Virus record (IMG/VR): IMGVR_UViG_3300047202_000076
Span: 1-43,386 of that record
DNA length: 43,386 nt
Reading direction: 5' to 3' (one strand)
DNA from: a virus
Lineage: Duplodnaviria; Caudoviricetes
Shown here: positions 1 to 7,803 of the stretch, piece after piece
How positions within the stretch are numbered: the first letter of the stretch is position 1
Layout: every line of letters starts with the position of its first letter
Position numbers and translations under genes: made by a program
Notes under the pieces: model-generated
Database searches by the model: none
Seen by the model: only the letters and a program-made list of their open reading frames with translations
What the model was told of the DNA's origin: nothing

Positions 1-126
1 GTAGGCGGCGTAGACGGTGGCGTGGGCGGCGGCTTGGGCGGCGGCGTAGGCGGTGTAGGCGTAGGCGGTGGCGATGGTGTAGGCGGCGGCGACGGTGGCG
101 TCGGCGACGGCGTCGGGGCCGCCGCC
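1..126. repeat. Terminal direct repeat, left copy (circular-assembly overlap)
   Basis: 1-126 is identical to 43260-43385; the next base differs (127 c vs 43386 t). Confidence 0.95.
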
Positions 127-474
127 CTCGTCGGCGGTGGCGTCGGCGACGGCGTCGACGAGGGCGTCGGCGGCCTTTCTTACATCTTTTAAGGTAATCT
201 CATTTTCTCCTCTTGCCCATTGTTCTAATATCTTAATGCAATTTTTGCCAGCAGGTGATAATAAATCCCAAATTAGACGAACTTGTTTTGATAAGCATAA
301 ACAGAGTTTTTTCCTTTGAACGCTTCCTGGTTTCCCAGATAATCTTCCTATTAACCAATTCATCCAATCACCTCTCTCACAAAGAGCCCAAACTTCTTGT
401 GCAGTTTTACCTTGCGCATCATCAATCGCCTCTTTGCAAGCATCGATAGTTTTTAGATATGTTGCATAGTTCAT
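1..474 (-). CDS. Ala-rich phage protein (Imm5-like), 5' part; continues across the circular junction to 43152 (193 aa)
   Basis: ATG at 474 with GGAG RBS; MNYATYLKTIDACKEA...RGDWMNWL...EQWARGE..., GCC-rich Ala tract, in frame to TGA at 43152-43154. Missed by the ORF track because it spans the junction. Confidence 0.8.
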   Translation of the reverse strand, partial: MNYATYLKTIDACKEAIDDAQGKTAQEVWALCERGDWMNWLIGRLSGKPGSVQRKKLCLCLSKQVRLIWDLLSPAGKNCIKILEQWARGENEITLKDVRKAADALVDAVADATADEGGGPDAVADATVAAAYTIATAYAYTAYAAAQAAAHATVYAAY

Positions 475-483
475 TTATTTCTC

Positions 484-552
484 CTATATCACAATTCCTA
501 AACTTTTGATTAACTCTTCTTTTTGGGTGATTTTGTGTTTAATCTGAATCAT
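484..552 (-). pseudogene. Collapsed pentapeptide-repeat gene (22 aa, repeats absent)
   Basis: MIQIKHKITQKEELIKSLGIVI resembles the N-terminus (MKIQIKHKITQ) and C-terminus (EIIKALNIIL) of 4136-4570; GGAG RBS present. Confidence 0.75.
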
Positions 553-570
553 TTTGAATTCTCCAAAATA

Positions 571-674
571 AAGGACGGCGGCTATCGGCTACCTACTACA
601 AGCAAGCAACCGATGACGTTGGACTTAAACCCTTGTAATCTCGGATAATCTTCACTTTTTGTGCCACCGTCCTT
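571..674 (-). ncRNA. Putative structured small RNA
   Basis: 12-bp closing stem AAGGACGGUGGC/GCCGCCGUCCUU; internal 14-bp hairpin (584-614) with four G-U pairs possible only on the - strand; no ORF. Confidence 0.7.
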
Positions 675-695
675 ATCATACATATTTATTATTCC

Positions 696-737
696 GAGCC
701 GGAAGTGTAGCTACACTATTGATTGTTTTACCGGCTC
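696..737 (-). ncRNA. Putative small structured RNA
   Basis: GAGCCGG/CCGGCUC closing stem with internal AGUGU/ACACU hairpin; strand inferred from neighbours. Confidence 0.5.
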
Positions 738-752
738 TAAATCTATTATGCC

Positions 753-812
753 GAACCAGAGGGACTGGACTTATTGATACGGTCAATAAGTAGCCACCCC
801 CTTAACTGGTTC
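753..812 (-). ncRNA. Putative long-hairpin small RNA
   Basis: GAACCAG/CUGGUUC outer stem; ACUUAUUGA/UCAAUAAGU inner stem. Confidence 0.55.
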
Positions 813-819
813 TGATAAA

Positions 820-923
820 TCGGCAGATAGTAACTAAACGACCTGCGATACTGTCCACTACTTGCATATCCTTTTCGCAGTAGATATGCACAGTTTGATA
901 GATTCCTATCTTACTGCTGCCGA
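820..923 (-). ncRNA. Putative pseudoknotted RNA
   Basis: UCGGCAG/CUGCCGA closing stem, GAUAG/CUAUC and UGCAUAUC/GAUAUGCA hairpins; loop CUGCGA is complementary to downstream UCGCAG. Confidence 0.6.
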
Positions 924-955
924 CAAAAGCGCTTATTAACTTTTGTAAGAACAAA

Positions 956-1026
956 CGGGACAGGCAGGAGTCGAACCTGCAACCATAACATACCGGATGT
1001 TTGCTTTACCATTAAGCTACAGTCCC
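956..1026 (-). tRNA. tRNA-like element with aberrant anticodon arm (central CGG, nominally Pro); no encoded CCA
   Basis: GGGACUG/CUGUCCC acceptor (one U-U), D arm GCUU-AAUGGUA-AAGC, T arm GCAGG-UUCGACU-CCUGC; anticodon arm AACAU-CCGGU-AUGUU has a 5-nt loop. Confidence 0.8.
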
Positions 1027-1046
1027 ATTATTAAGTTTTAAGATAA

Positions 1047-1093
1047 CTGAGCCAGAAGTAGGACAATCTGTTCGGGTTGACCCGCTGGGTCAG
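1047..1093 (-). ncRNA. Putative small structured RNA
   Basis: CUGACCCAG/CUGGCUCAG stem (one mismatch) enclosing a CGGG-UCAA-CCCG hairpin. Confidence 0.45.
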
Positions 1094-1118
1094 AATCTTT
1101 TCATTTTTATTCTCCTTT

Positions 1119-1478
1119 CTAATAAGGCAGAGGCGACCCTTCTAATTTGCTTTTGGCTGATTTTTTATTATGAATACTTAAACTTGGCCTGCGTAAACAG
1201 GCGATTCCTTCTGGTGGTGTAGTAAGAGCCACAGTTTCATCGGGATTATAACCGAGTGATTCAAGTACCCATCTATCACTACCTAATAATAGAAATTCTG
1301 TCGTTTCCCTCATAAAACCGATTATGTGGTTATCTTTTCTTAATTGATAATATGCAGGGTTTCTATCCATTGCCATATCCCATTGTTCAATTGTTCGTTG
1401 GGCATTTACCTCATTCAATACAAACTGTTTCATTTGTTCAAACTGCTTTGACATCTTTTTCCTTTTTATTTTTGCCAT
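1119..1478 (-). CDS. Hypothetical protein
   Basis: ORF; AAGGAGG RBS before ATG 1478 (MAKIKRKK). Confidence 0.7.
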   Translation of the reverse strand: MAKIKRKKMSKQFEQMKQFVLNEVNAQRTIEQWDMAMDRNPAYYQLRKDNHIIGFMRETTEFLLLGSDRWVLESLGYNPDETVALTTPPEGIACLRRPSLSIHNKKSAKSKLEGSPLPY

Positions 1479-1638
1479 AACCCTCCTTATAAAATGTTGC
1501 GTTTGGGTCTTTTGGTTCCGGTTCATTGAGAATGGCAAGGATTATATCGCCACAATCTCTTGTACTATAAAGACATAACTTGCTCCATATTTGAGCAAGT
1601 TTCTTTATTCTTTCGCATTTCGGACATTCATCCATCAT
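1438..1638 (-). CDS. Hypothetical protein (CxxC)
   Basis: 66-aa ORF in the leftward operon. Confidence 0.55.
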   Translation of the reverse strand: MMDECPKCERIKKLAQIWSKLCLYSTRDCGDIILAILNEPEPKDPNATFYKEGYGKNKKEKDVKAV

Positions 1639-1659
1639 TTCACTTTTGCCTCATGCCAG

Positions 1660-2907
1660 TTAGAATTTTATAAGGTTTGCATCCCCGCATTCGGGGCAAC
1701 AGCCGAATAAATCCTCTCCTTCACCTCTCATAGATGGTTCGTCAAATTCGTGGCCGTTCTTGCAACGATATTTTATCTTTTTGTTGCTCGGCAAAGTTTC
1801 TTTCGGTTGTTCTTGCTGGTCTGTTTTGTATTCTTGACTAAAAATAATTGCTCGAATTTTAGATAATCCTTCCTTTAGGACTTTACTGTTAAGATTTTCG
1901 ACTGCCGTCCAGCTTCGAGTATTAAATATCTCAAAAACTATATTTGTTTTTTTCTTTTTTTCCTCAACACTTTGGCCTGGATATGCCGCTACTAATTCAC
2001 CTTGAATTTCTTCACAGAAAATTTTCCGTTGTTCTTTTTCGATTGCCCAACTATCCCGTCCTTCTTTATCAAACATTTCCTCACTATCCCCCGCCTCAAG
2101 CGGTTTATGTTCGCCGCCGATGTTGATGGCTTGCCAATGCGGAGAAAAATCTTCATAAGTAGGATTATAAAATACTTTACCATCGAGAATATCAGCCCTG
2201 TCTTTCAGGATTGTTGCTTTCCTGACAAATTCCCTTCCTGTTGCCATTTTCTTGGCCGCTTTCATTTTTCCATCACGGGTTTTTGCCTCTCTATATTCTT
2301 CTGTTGCTTCTGGATTTTTAATGCGTTCCATTTCTAACAACAAGGATGGTTCAAATCCAAATTCTCCTTCCGCTTTCATCTTTATACCAGTTTTGTATAA
2401 TTCCATTTTTCCATCATCACCCTCAAAGTAATCGTATTCAAAACCCGCCCGTCCACAGACTATAATATGTAAAGCGGATGTAACAAATGGAGTAGCAAAT
2501 TGATTATTCCACGCCGGTTTAAGTATCGCCCAATCCTGAAATGCTAATCGGGTAACATTTTTCTTCTTTCGATAGGATTCCACAATGTCAACCCAATAAT
2601 GACTGACACTGTCGATAATGAGAATATCAAAAAGTTGGGGGGCAATTTGTAGCCCTTCGGCCAAATCCTTGAACGCTCTTGTTTTGGATACTTGCAGTTT
2701 AATTCCGTGTTTCTGGAAAATTGGCAAGACGAAATCGGCGCCCGTTTCAGTGTCCATAAATCCAATAGGTTTTGTGGATTTTATCGCCTTGTATAATCCG
2801 ATTGCGATTTCCGTTGCGGTTCTTGTCTTACCACTTCCCGCAAAACCAAGAATTCCCACCTTCGCAAAAGCCATTGTGTTTTCTGCATCCTTAAACAAAT
2901 CACCCAT
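1660..2907 (-). CDS. AAA-family ATPase (Sak4/AAA_24-like recombination protein) with C-terminal zinc ribbon
   Basis: Walker A GFAGSGKT, MDTE, Walker B ILIIDS; C-terminal CKNGH...CPECG. Confidence 0.85.
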   Translation of the reverse strand: MGDLFKDAENTMAFAKVGILGFAGSGKTRTATEIAIGLYKAIKSTKPIGFMDTETGADFVLPIFQKHGIKLQVSKTRAFKDLAEGLQIAPQLFDILIIDSVSHYWVDIVESYRKKKNVTRLAFQDWAILKPAWNNQFATPFVTSALHIIVCGRAGFEYDYFEGDDGKMELYKTGIKMKAEGEFGFEPSLLLEMERIKNPEATEEYREAKTRDGKMKAAKKMATGREFVRKATILKDRADILDGKVFYNPTYEDFSPHWQAINIGGEHKPLEAGDSEEMFDKEGRDSWAIEKEQRKIFCEEIQGELVAAYPGQSVEEKKKKTNIVFEIFNTRSWTAVENLNSKVLKEGLSKIRAIIFSQEYKTDQQEQPKETLPSNKKIKYRCKNGHEFDEPSMRGEGEDLFGCCPECGDANLIKF

Positions 2908-3040
2908 TTTCAATTCTCCTTTCAGGTTCTAAATCACCACCATAAAATCTTGGACAGTATCCATTAGGACAATCCCGTTCTGTTCTTTTTTCGTTTAATG
3001 GTGTATCACATACAGGGCATTTCTGCTCTTGTGATTCCAT
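2900..3040 (-). CDS. Small Cys-rich protein (46 aa)
   Basis: MESQEQKCPVCDTPL...CPNGYC; overlaps neighbouring start/stop codons. Confidence 0.55.
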   Translation of the reverse strand: MESQEQKCPVCDTPLNEKRTERDCPNGYCPRFYGGDLEPERRIENG

Positions 3041-3216
3041 CATTCATTCTCCTCTGCGTTTATTCTCTCGTTTTCTTCGGTCTGTTTTATTGATACAATA
3101 TCTGTCGAGCCACAAACAGGACATTTCTCCGGCGGATATAAGGCGGCATTTATTATCTTGCCTTCAAGCAATTCGCCGCAATCCATACAGATAAAATCGT
3201 AATCGTCATCAGCCAT
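3040..3216 (-). CDS. Small zinc-ribbon protein
   Basis: MADDDYDFICMDCG...CPVCGS. Confidence 0.7.
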   Translation of the reverse strand: MADDDYDFICMDCGELLEGKIINAALYPPEKCPVCGSTDIVSIKQTEENERINAEENE

Positions 3217-3547
3217 TATTTTCCTCGATTTCCGCCCCGCAATTAGCACAAAATTTTTTGCCATCCTCTTTGTAAGTCTTCCATTCATCTTTGCAGGCGG
3301 AACAAAGATTTCGTATTGTTTTTTCTACTGATAACTGAACCATATCTTGAGAACGATGGTCTCGAAGAAAATCGTGAAATTCCTTACAGGCACGCTCAAG
3401 ATCTTTAGCTAATTCGAGGGGGTTTTTACTATATCGACTTCTTGAACCCCACAACATTCCACTCAAATCGGCCTCAACATGAGCATCTACCAAAACATCT
3501 TTTAGCATTGTAGCTTTTTTGATTTTTATTTCAATTTCATCAGCCAT
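3209..3547 (-). CDS. Hypothetical protein with C-terminal zinc finger
   Basis: CSAC...CANCG; 112 aa. Confidence 0.75.
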   Translation of the reverse strand: MADEIEIKIKKATMLKDVLVDAHVEADLSGMLWGSRSRYSKNPLELAKDLERACKEFHDFLRDHRSQDMVQLSVEKTIRNLCSACKDEWKTYKEDGKKFCANCGAEIEENNG

Positions 3548-3699
3548 TATTTAGTCCTCATCCAAACTTTTGTGCTTAATAGTCTATAACCAAAATCGGC
3601 TAAAATGATATTTTCTTTACCGGCACCACATTTACATCTGTTAGGTTTTCGCTTGTAAATTGAAAATGTTGTGCCACACAAAGTACATAGATAATACAT
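3547..3699 (-). CDS. Small Cys-rich protein (50 aa)
   Basis: MYYLCTLCG...RCKCG; TAATG coupling at both ends. Confidence 0.55.
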   Translation of the reverse strand: MYYLCTLCGTTFSIYKRKPNRCKCGAGKENIILADFGYRLLSTKVWMRTK

Positions 3700-3815
3700 T
3701 ATTTCTCTCCAATCTCGATAAGAAGTTGCTCAGTCTCTTTAATCCATTCATCAAAACTTGTTGCTTGTTCTTTTCTTACTGGCAATTTATACGGACATTT
3801 CATAATTCATTCTCC

Positions 3816-3852
3816 AAAAAGGCAGAGGAAAGCATCCTTTCTTTCCCCCGCC
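3816..3852 (-). terminator. Intrinsic terminator-like hairpin
   Basis: GGCGGGGGAAAG/CUUUCCUCUGCC stem followed by UUUUU; a second hairpin lies at 3861-3894. Confidence 0.55.
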
Positions 3853-3917
3853 ACCTGTTCGGCTCGGCGACCGGATATTTCCAATCACCGAGCCATACAA
3901 CAACACTACCGCTAAAA

Positions 3918-4109
3918 TTACTTAATCTCCGACAAACAATGCTCTATCATCTGGCGGATAATTTCTGCTCTTGGTGTTAAAGATTTACTACGAATAGATT
4001 CTAATTTTTCTAATAAATTTTTATTAAGACTTGAAAATACCCAATAAGTCATAACTCCTGTTTGCTTTTTTTCTTTTACCTCTTTTAATTTTAACTTAAA
4101 TTCACTCAT
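3918..4109 (-). CDS. Ribbon-helix-helix-like DNA-binding protein
   Basis: LLEKLESIRSKSLTPRAEIIRQMIEHCL pattern, 63 aa. Confidence 0.6.
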   Translation of the reverse strand: MSEFKLKLKEVKEKKQTGVMTYWVFSSLNKNLLEKLESIRSKSLTPRAEIIRQMIEHCLSEIK

Positions 4110-4135
4110 CTTATCCTCACAAAATAATCAATCCT

Positions 4136-4570
4136 TCAATATAAGATTATATTTAATGCTTTAATTATTTCGCTTTGTTGATTAGTTTTTATTTTTGCTC
4201 CACGCAGGTCTGCTCCACACAGGTTTGCTCCACGCAGGTTTGCTCCACGCAGGTCTGCTCCACACAGGTTTGCTCCACACAGGTTTGCTCCACGCAGGTC
4301 TGCTCCACGCAGGTCTGCTCCACACAGGTTTGCTCCACACAGGTTTGCTCCACGCAGGTTTGCTCCACACAGGTTTGCTCCACACAGGTTTGCTCCACGC
4401 AGGTCTGCTCCACGCAGGTTTGCTCCACACAGGTTTGCTCCACACAGGTTTGCTCCACGCAGGTTTGCTCCACACAGGTCTGCTTCACACAGGTCTGCTC
4501 CACGCAGGTTTTCAGCTTCAATTTCTTTCAATACTTCTTGTGTTATTTTGTGTTTAATTTGTATTTTCAT
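4136..4570 (-). CDS. Pentapeptide repeat protein
   Basis: About 21 A(N/D)L(C/R)G repeats; AAAGGA RBS. Confidence 0.92.
   Translation of the reverse strand: MKIQIKHKITQEVLKEIEAENLRGADLCEADLCGANLRGANLCGANLCGANLRGADLRGANLCGANLCGANLRGANLCGANLCGADLRGADLRGANLCGANLCGADLRGANLRGANLCGADLRGAKIKTNQQSEIIKALNIILY
4195..4510. repeat. 15-bp tandem repeat tgctccac(a/g)caggt(t/c)
   Basis: About 21 near-identical units coding the pentapeptide repeats. Confidence 0.95.
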
Positions 4571-4600
4571 TTATTTATCCTTTCAAGAATATAGGGGAAA

Positions 4601-4819
4601 GGCAGGCCGAAAGAATAGGTCTGAGCTTGCGAGATGTCCTCGGCCTGCCCTTTGTTCGCTGCGCCGGACGGGATGAGGAGGATACTTTCCCCGTGCAGGG
4701 AAAGATTTCCCATCCAGGCGCATAAATCGTTGTATCCTAAAAAAAAGATGCCTGCCGCCGGTTTTAACTTTGCAAGTAGCTGGACGCAAACTTGGTGAGG
4801 TGTGGCCAAACGGCAGGCA
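4601..4819 (-). ncRNA. Cluster of three stem-closed structured RNAs (4601-4649, 4660-4722, 4749-4819)
   Basis: GC-rich closing stems GGCAGGCCGA/UCGGCCUGCC, UGCGCCUGGAUGGGA/UCCCGUCCGGCGCA and UGCCUGCCG/CGGCAGGCA plus U-tract, downstream of a consensus promoter. Confidence 0.7.
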
Positions 4820-4921
4820 AGGTCTAATTTGCTGTTATCACTTTCCAAATCGAAAGTTACCACAGCTTTTGAAGGTCCTAATTTATGTAATTGTTTTCGT
4901 CCAGCTATCATATTATCAGGC

Positions 4922-4950
4922 ATTATACCATAAAGATATTAGGTTGTCAA
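4922..4950 (-). promoter_or_regulatory. Sigma70-type promoter
   Basis: TTGACA-17 bp-TATAAT, perfect consensus with extended TG. Confidence 0.85.
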
Positions 4951-4963
4951 GAAAAAAATGAAA

Positions 4964-5188
4964 TTATTTAATCTTTGTTCGGTTTTTATGATGTTGGCCT
5001 TCAAGATGATTATTACTTCTGATATGCAAACTACAATCACGACAATACTAAGAACTTGTTCTTTGTAGTCTTGGTTGATTTTTCATATTGGGTCGGCAAT
5101 ATGTTAAACCTTGATTTTTTGGCGAAAACTTAGATATTATTTTTTCTACAAGATTTTGAATTCCGTTTTCTATAAATTTTTTCATTCA
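4964..5188 (-). pseudogene. Disrupted small Cys/His protein gene
   Basis: Frameshift in an A7 run and in-frame TAG (5048-5050) before YCRDCSLHIRSNNHLEGQHHK. Confidence 0.5.
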
Positions 5189-5227
5189 CTTTTTCGCTCT
5201 ATGTAAACTCATCACGCCCGCATCAAA

Positions 5228-5301
5228 TAAAAAACCTGCCAAGCTACCCCAGCAGGAATCTCGACAGGTTTGAAATAATAACAATTTTTTTGCTGGGGTA
5301 G
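5228..5301 (-). promoter_or_regulatory. A-B-A'-B'-U leader (attenuator/antisense module)
   Basis: 5291-5301 pairs with 5244-5254; 5260-5271 pairs with 5232-5243 (two G-U); U-tract follows. Confidence 0.65.
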
Positions 5302-5400
5302 TGTTCTCTAAATTCTCTAATTCAGATGTCTCATTTTTGCTCCTTTAATTAAAGGTTAATAATCTTAAAATCTACCTAAATTCTTTGATTATTTGCTCGT

Positions 5401-5429
5401 ATTATACCACAAGGTACAAACAAAGTCAA
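5401..5429 (-). promoter_or_regulatory. Sigma70-type promoter
   Basis: TTGACT-17 bp-TATAAT with extended TG. Confidence 0.8.
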
Positions 5430-5481
5430 GTACTATTTCGGATTTTTCAAAAGATTATTTGGGAGATAATCAAAGATTTTT

Positions 5482-5790
5482 TCAGTCATCGACATCCTGG
5501 CGACAACTGGCTGCCTTCTTGAACGCCTCGATAATGTCGGCTGCCTTCTTGAACGCCTCGATAATTTCGGGCGTCCTGTTTTGTTCTACCCATTTCTCCA
5601 CGTTTTTAACGGACGAATTGATAATATCAACGTGGATGTCTTTTATGTCTATTCCTATTAGCATAAACAAGGCAAGTTTTATCCGTGTCCATCTGCTTAT
5701 ATAATAAAATCCTACACCGCCAAAAGGAGAATAAGACTCATTTTTGCTTACCTGTTTATATCGCTGTTTTTCATAAGTGTTCCACTTCAT
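5482..5790 (-). CDS. Hypothetical protein with a 10-aa tandem duplication
   Basis: ORF; IIEAFKKAA repeated on a 30-bp period (about 5509-5565). Confidence 0.55.
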   Translation of the reverse strand: MKWNTYEKQRYKQVSKNESYSPFGGVGFYYISRWTRIKLALFMLIGIDIKDIHVDIINSSVKNVEKWVEQNRTPEIIEAFKKAADIIEAFKKAASCRQDVDD

Positions 5791-5829
5791 TTTTTTATAT
5801 CTGCGTTTTTAGGGGAAAAATCAGGGTAT

Positions 5830-6162
5830 TTATATAAAAGCAATAGGCGGCAACGGTATTTCTTTTGAAACAGGTCGCCATAAATGCAAACAATAATTGT
5901 GCCTGTTTATGTAATTCTTTTTTGCCGAATGCAGTTGCATTACAACTTCATCGTCCTGCCAAAAAATCTCTTTGAACATACACGTTTCTTCCCAGGTTGG
6001 CGTTCTTTTCGCTAAACTGACGCTTAAATGTTCCCAATTCTCGCCCCAACTAAATTGATAAACAAAAGTTTTGCCGCAAGTCGAATAATAACCTCGGAAA
6101 CCATCCTCGCCTTCGGATTCAACTTTCGGCAACATAGATTTTATTTGTTCGATAGTTTTCAT
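5830..6162 (-). CDS. Conserved phage hypothetical protein (WEHLSVS...PTWEE...CLHLWRP family)
   Basis: Recognisable widespread phage motif set; start approximate (MKTIEQ). Confidence 0.8.
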   Translation of the reverse strand: MKTIEQIKSMLPKVESEGEDGFRGYYSTCGKTFVYQFSWGENWEHLSVSLAKRTPTWEETCMFKEIFWQDDEVVMQLHSAKKNYINRHNYCLHLWRPVSKEIPLPPIAFI

Positions 6163-6169
6163 ATTTTCA

Positions 6170-6442
6170 TTATTCCTTCTCGGCCTGGGCAATAACCTGT
6201 TCTACAATTTCCCGATCATAATCCGGGCTTTTAGGGTCTGCCACACTGTATAATGTAAGTCTTACCATCAAAGCATTTAATTGATTATCATTTATTTCAC
6301 TTGCTCTTTTTGCGACCTCGGCAAGTAAATTACTAAGAATATTCAATGGAATCCTAAGTATGGAGGTTGAAGGATTATTCAGGATTTCTTCAAATAAGCT
6401 TGGTAAATGTATTCGCCATTTAAGCTTCGGCAATTCAGCCAT
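6170..6442 (-). CDS. Hypothetical protein
   Basis: 90-aa ORF with AAGGAG RBS. Confidence 0.75.
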   Translation of the reverse strand: MAELPKLKWRIHLPSLFEEILNNPSTSILRIPLNILSNLLAEVAKRASEINDNQLNALMVRLTLYSVADPKSPDYDREIVEQVIAQAEKE

Positions 6443-6767
6443 AAAATCTCCTTTTCAATATAGGGCTGCTTACTACATTTCGGCAGCCCTGCGCCAAAAA
6501 TAGTAATCAATTACAGTATTTTGCCCTACTTAAAAGATACTGTCTCAGCTCTTTATATCGCCGCTCACTTATGCGGTTATTGATAACCGCATAAATCAAT
6601 GCTTCTGCCATCTTTTCGCCGTAAGTTTTTATGATTGTTTGAAACTCGGCGATTACTCTTTGCGATTCATTCATTTTTCACCACCTTTGCACTATATAAT
6701 AAACAATGCCGAACAATATGAAAACACAAATCGGTATTTCCGTGAAAGCCAACATTTTTATCTCCTT

Positions 6768-7055
6768 TCAGTCGGTTATGTTTTGTAACCGTCTCAATTT
6801 TCGCACAAATATAACTCTTTCGGCGATAAATCCTTCATTTGGTTTTTTCTTAAAAGACACTTTGAATAAACCATTAAACGCATCGTGAAATAGAGAATGA
6901 CTGCCTTCCAGCCCTGTCCCGTCTTTATTACTCCAATGCCCCGAATCTTTCTCGCACGGCTTTTTTACATTCGGACACCAAACGGGTTTTATGAACCAAA
7001 TCGTAATACAACAATCGAATTTCCAGTTTTTTGTAATCCAGATTTTGCGTTTCAT
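6768..7055 (-). CDS. Hypothetical protein
   Basis: 95-aa ORF in the leftward operon. Confidence 0.55.
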   Translation of the reverse strand: MKRKIWITKNWKFDCCITIWFIKPVWCPNVKKPCEKDSGHWSNKDGTGLEGSHSLFHDAFNGLFKVSFKKKPNEGFIAERVIFVRKLRRLQNITD

Positions 7056-7087
7056 TTATCACCCGGGGCATACTCTAACTACCCTGC

Positions 7088-7266
7088 TTAAAGATATTGA
7101 CTAAATATACATTTATCCTGATGTTGCCAGCACCTATCATTTTTTATGGCTTTCCGGCTACATTGTTTTTTTGTATAGCTCATTTCAAAACCAGTTTTTC
7201 CTCGACCTGTTCACCTCAAAGTAAAGTATCTTTGACATAAACAGTAACTTGACATCTTTTATTCAT
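7088..7266 (-). pseudogene. Disrupted small Cys-containing protein gene
   Basis: Removing a 5-bp tandem duplication (7218-7227) gives MNKRCQVTVYVKDTLR*TGRGKTGFEMSYTKKQCSRKAIKNDRCWQHQ; in-frame TGA at 7211-7213. Confidence 0.6.
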
Positions 7267-7367
7267 TCGGTCAGGGCCAGTGTAACATTCATAAATTACT
7301 CTTTTGCTCTAAAAAATGTTTCTCAGGATTCACTACAGTCGACGAACTCAATCGAGTCAATACCAAA

Positions 7368-7766
7368 CTACCCTCTTTTCAATAACTCTCGATAACGCCT
7401 GTCAAAAGTTTTGTTGTGCGGCTGATTCGGAGCTAATAAATGTGCGTACTCATGCAATACTAACCGGGATGGTTTATCAATGATAATCGTAACAGTACCG
7501 TCATCGTTTGCCACCGTGTGATATTCGCCAAGACGTTTAATGCTGCGGAAACAAAGTGTTCCGAATAACTTATCTGCTTTATAACAATGCGCATCTGCTT
7601 TGTGCCGAAAACTACTACCAACACCACGCTTAACGCAACCACCAATAAATAACCTTGTGCATTTTTCAAAACCGGCAGGCAATATCACTTCTTTAATCTG
7701 CCGATAAAAGCTTTGCTTTTCAGCTTTTCTTTTATCAAGTTCAAATTTGCTTAATGGTTTAATCAT
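7368..7766 (-). CDS. HExxH zincin-like protein
   Basis: VLHEYAHLL...PHNKTF (SprT/M48-like pattern). Confidence 0.75.
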   Translation of the reverse strand: MIKPLSKFELDKRKAEKQSFYRQIKEVILPAGFEKCTRLFIGGCVKRGVGSSFRHKADAHCYKADKLFGTLCFRSIKRLGEYHTVANDDGTVTIIIDKPSRLVLHEYAHLLAPNQPHNKTFDRRYRELLKRG

Positions 7767-7767
7767 A

Positions 7768-7803
7768 CTTCGTGATAATCCTTTACGGAACGTATTCTTC
7801 CAA
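7768..7803. repeat. 36-bp exact copy of 40819-40854
   Basis: cttcgtgataatcctttacggaacgtattcttccaa at both loci; tcatac at 7763-7768 and 7806-7811. Confidence 0.95.

Noticed and set aside
1-126. Terminal repeat as physical phage DTR
   Set aside because: It falls mid-gene and its length fits an assembler k-mer overlap.
1-180. GC-rich tract as a DGR variable repeat
   Set aside because: No RT gene and no template repeat differing at adenines.
930-955. HDV-like (theta) ribozyme at the tRNA 3' end
   Set aside because: The adjacent sequence is an AT-rich linker with no nested double pseudoknot.
4026-4053. Micro-inversion in the RHH gene between gactt/aagtc
   Set aside because: Symmetric flipping creates a stop; 5-bp arms are too short to be significant.
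4175-4594. Alternative-frame ORFs over the pentapeptide gene
   Set aside because: By-products of a stop-free 15-bp repeat; only the 4136-4570 frame has an RBS and a known motif.
4567-4923. 118-aa and 68-aa ORFs over the second RNA cluster
   Set aside because: The longer ORF's start lies in the -10 box, no recognisable motif, and dense stems explain the region better.
6569-6594. Palindrome ttatgcggttat/ataaccgcataa
   Set aside because: Single occurrence inside a small ORF; no function can be supported.
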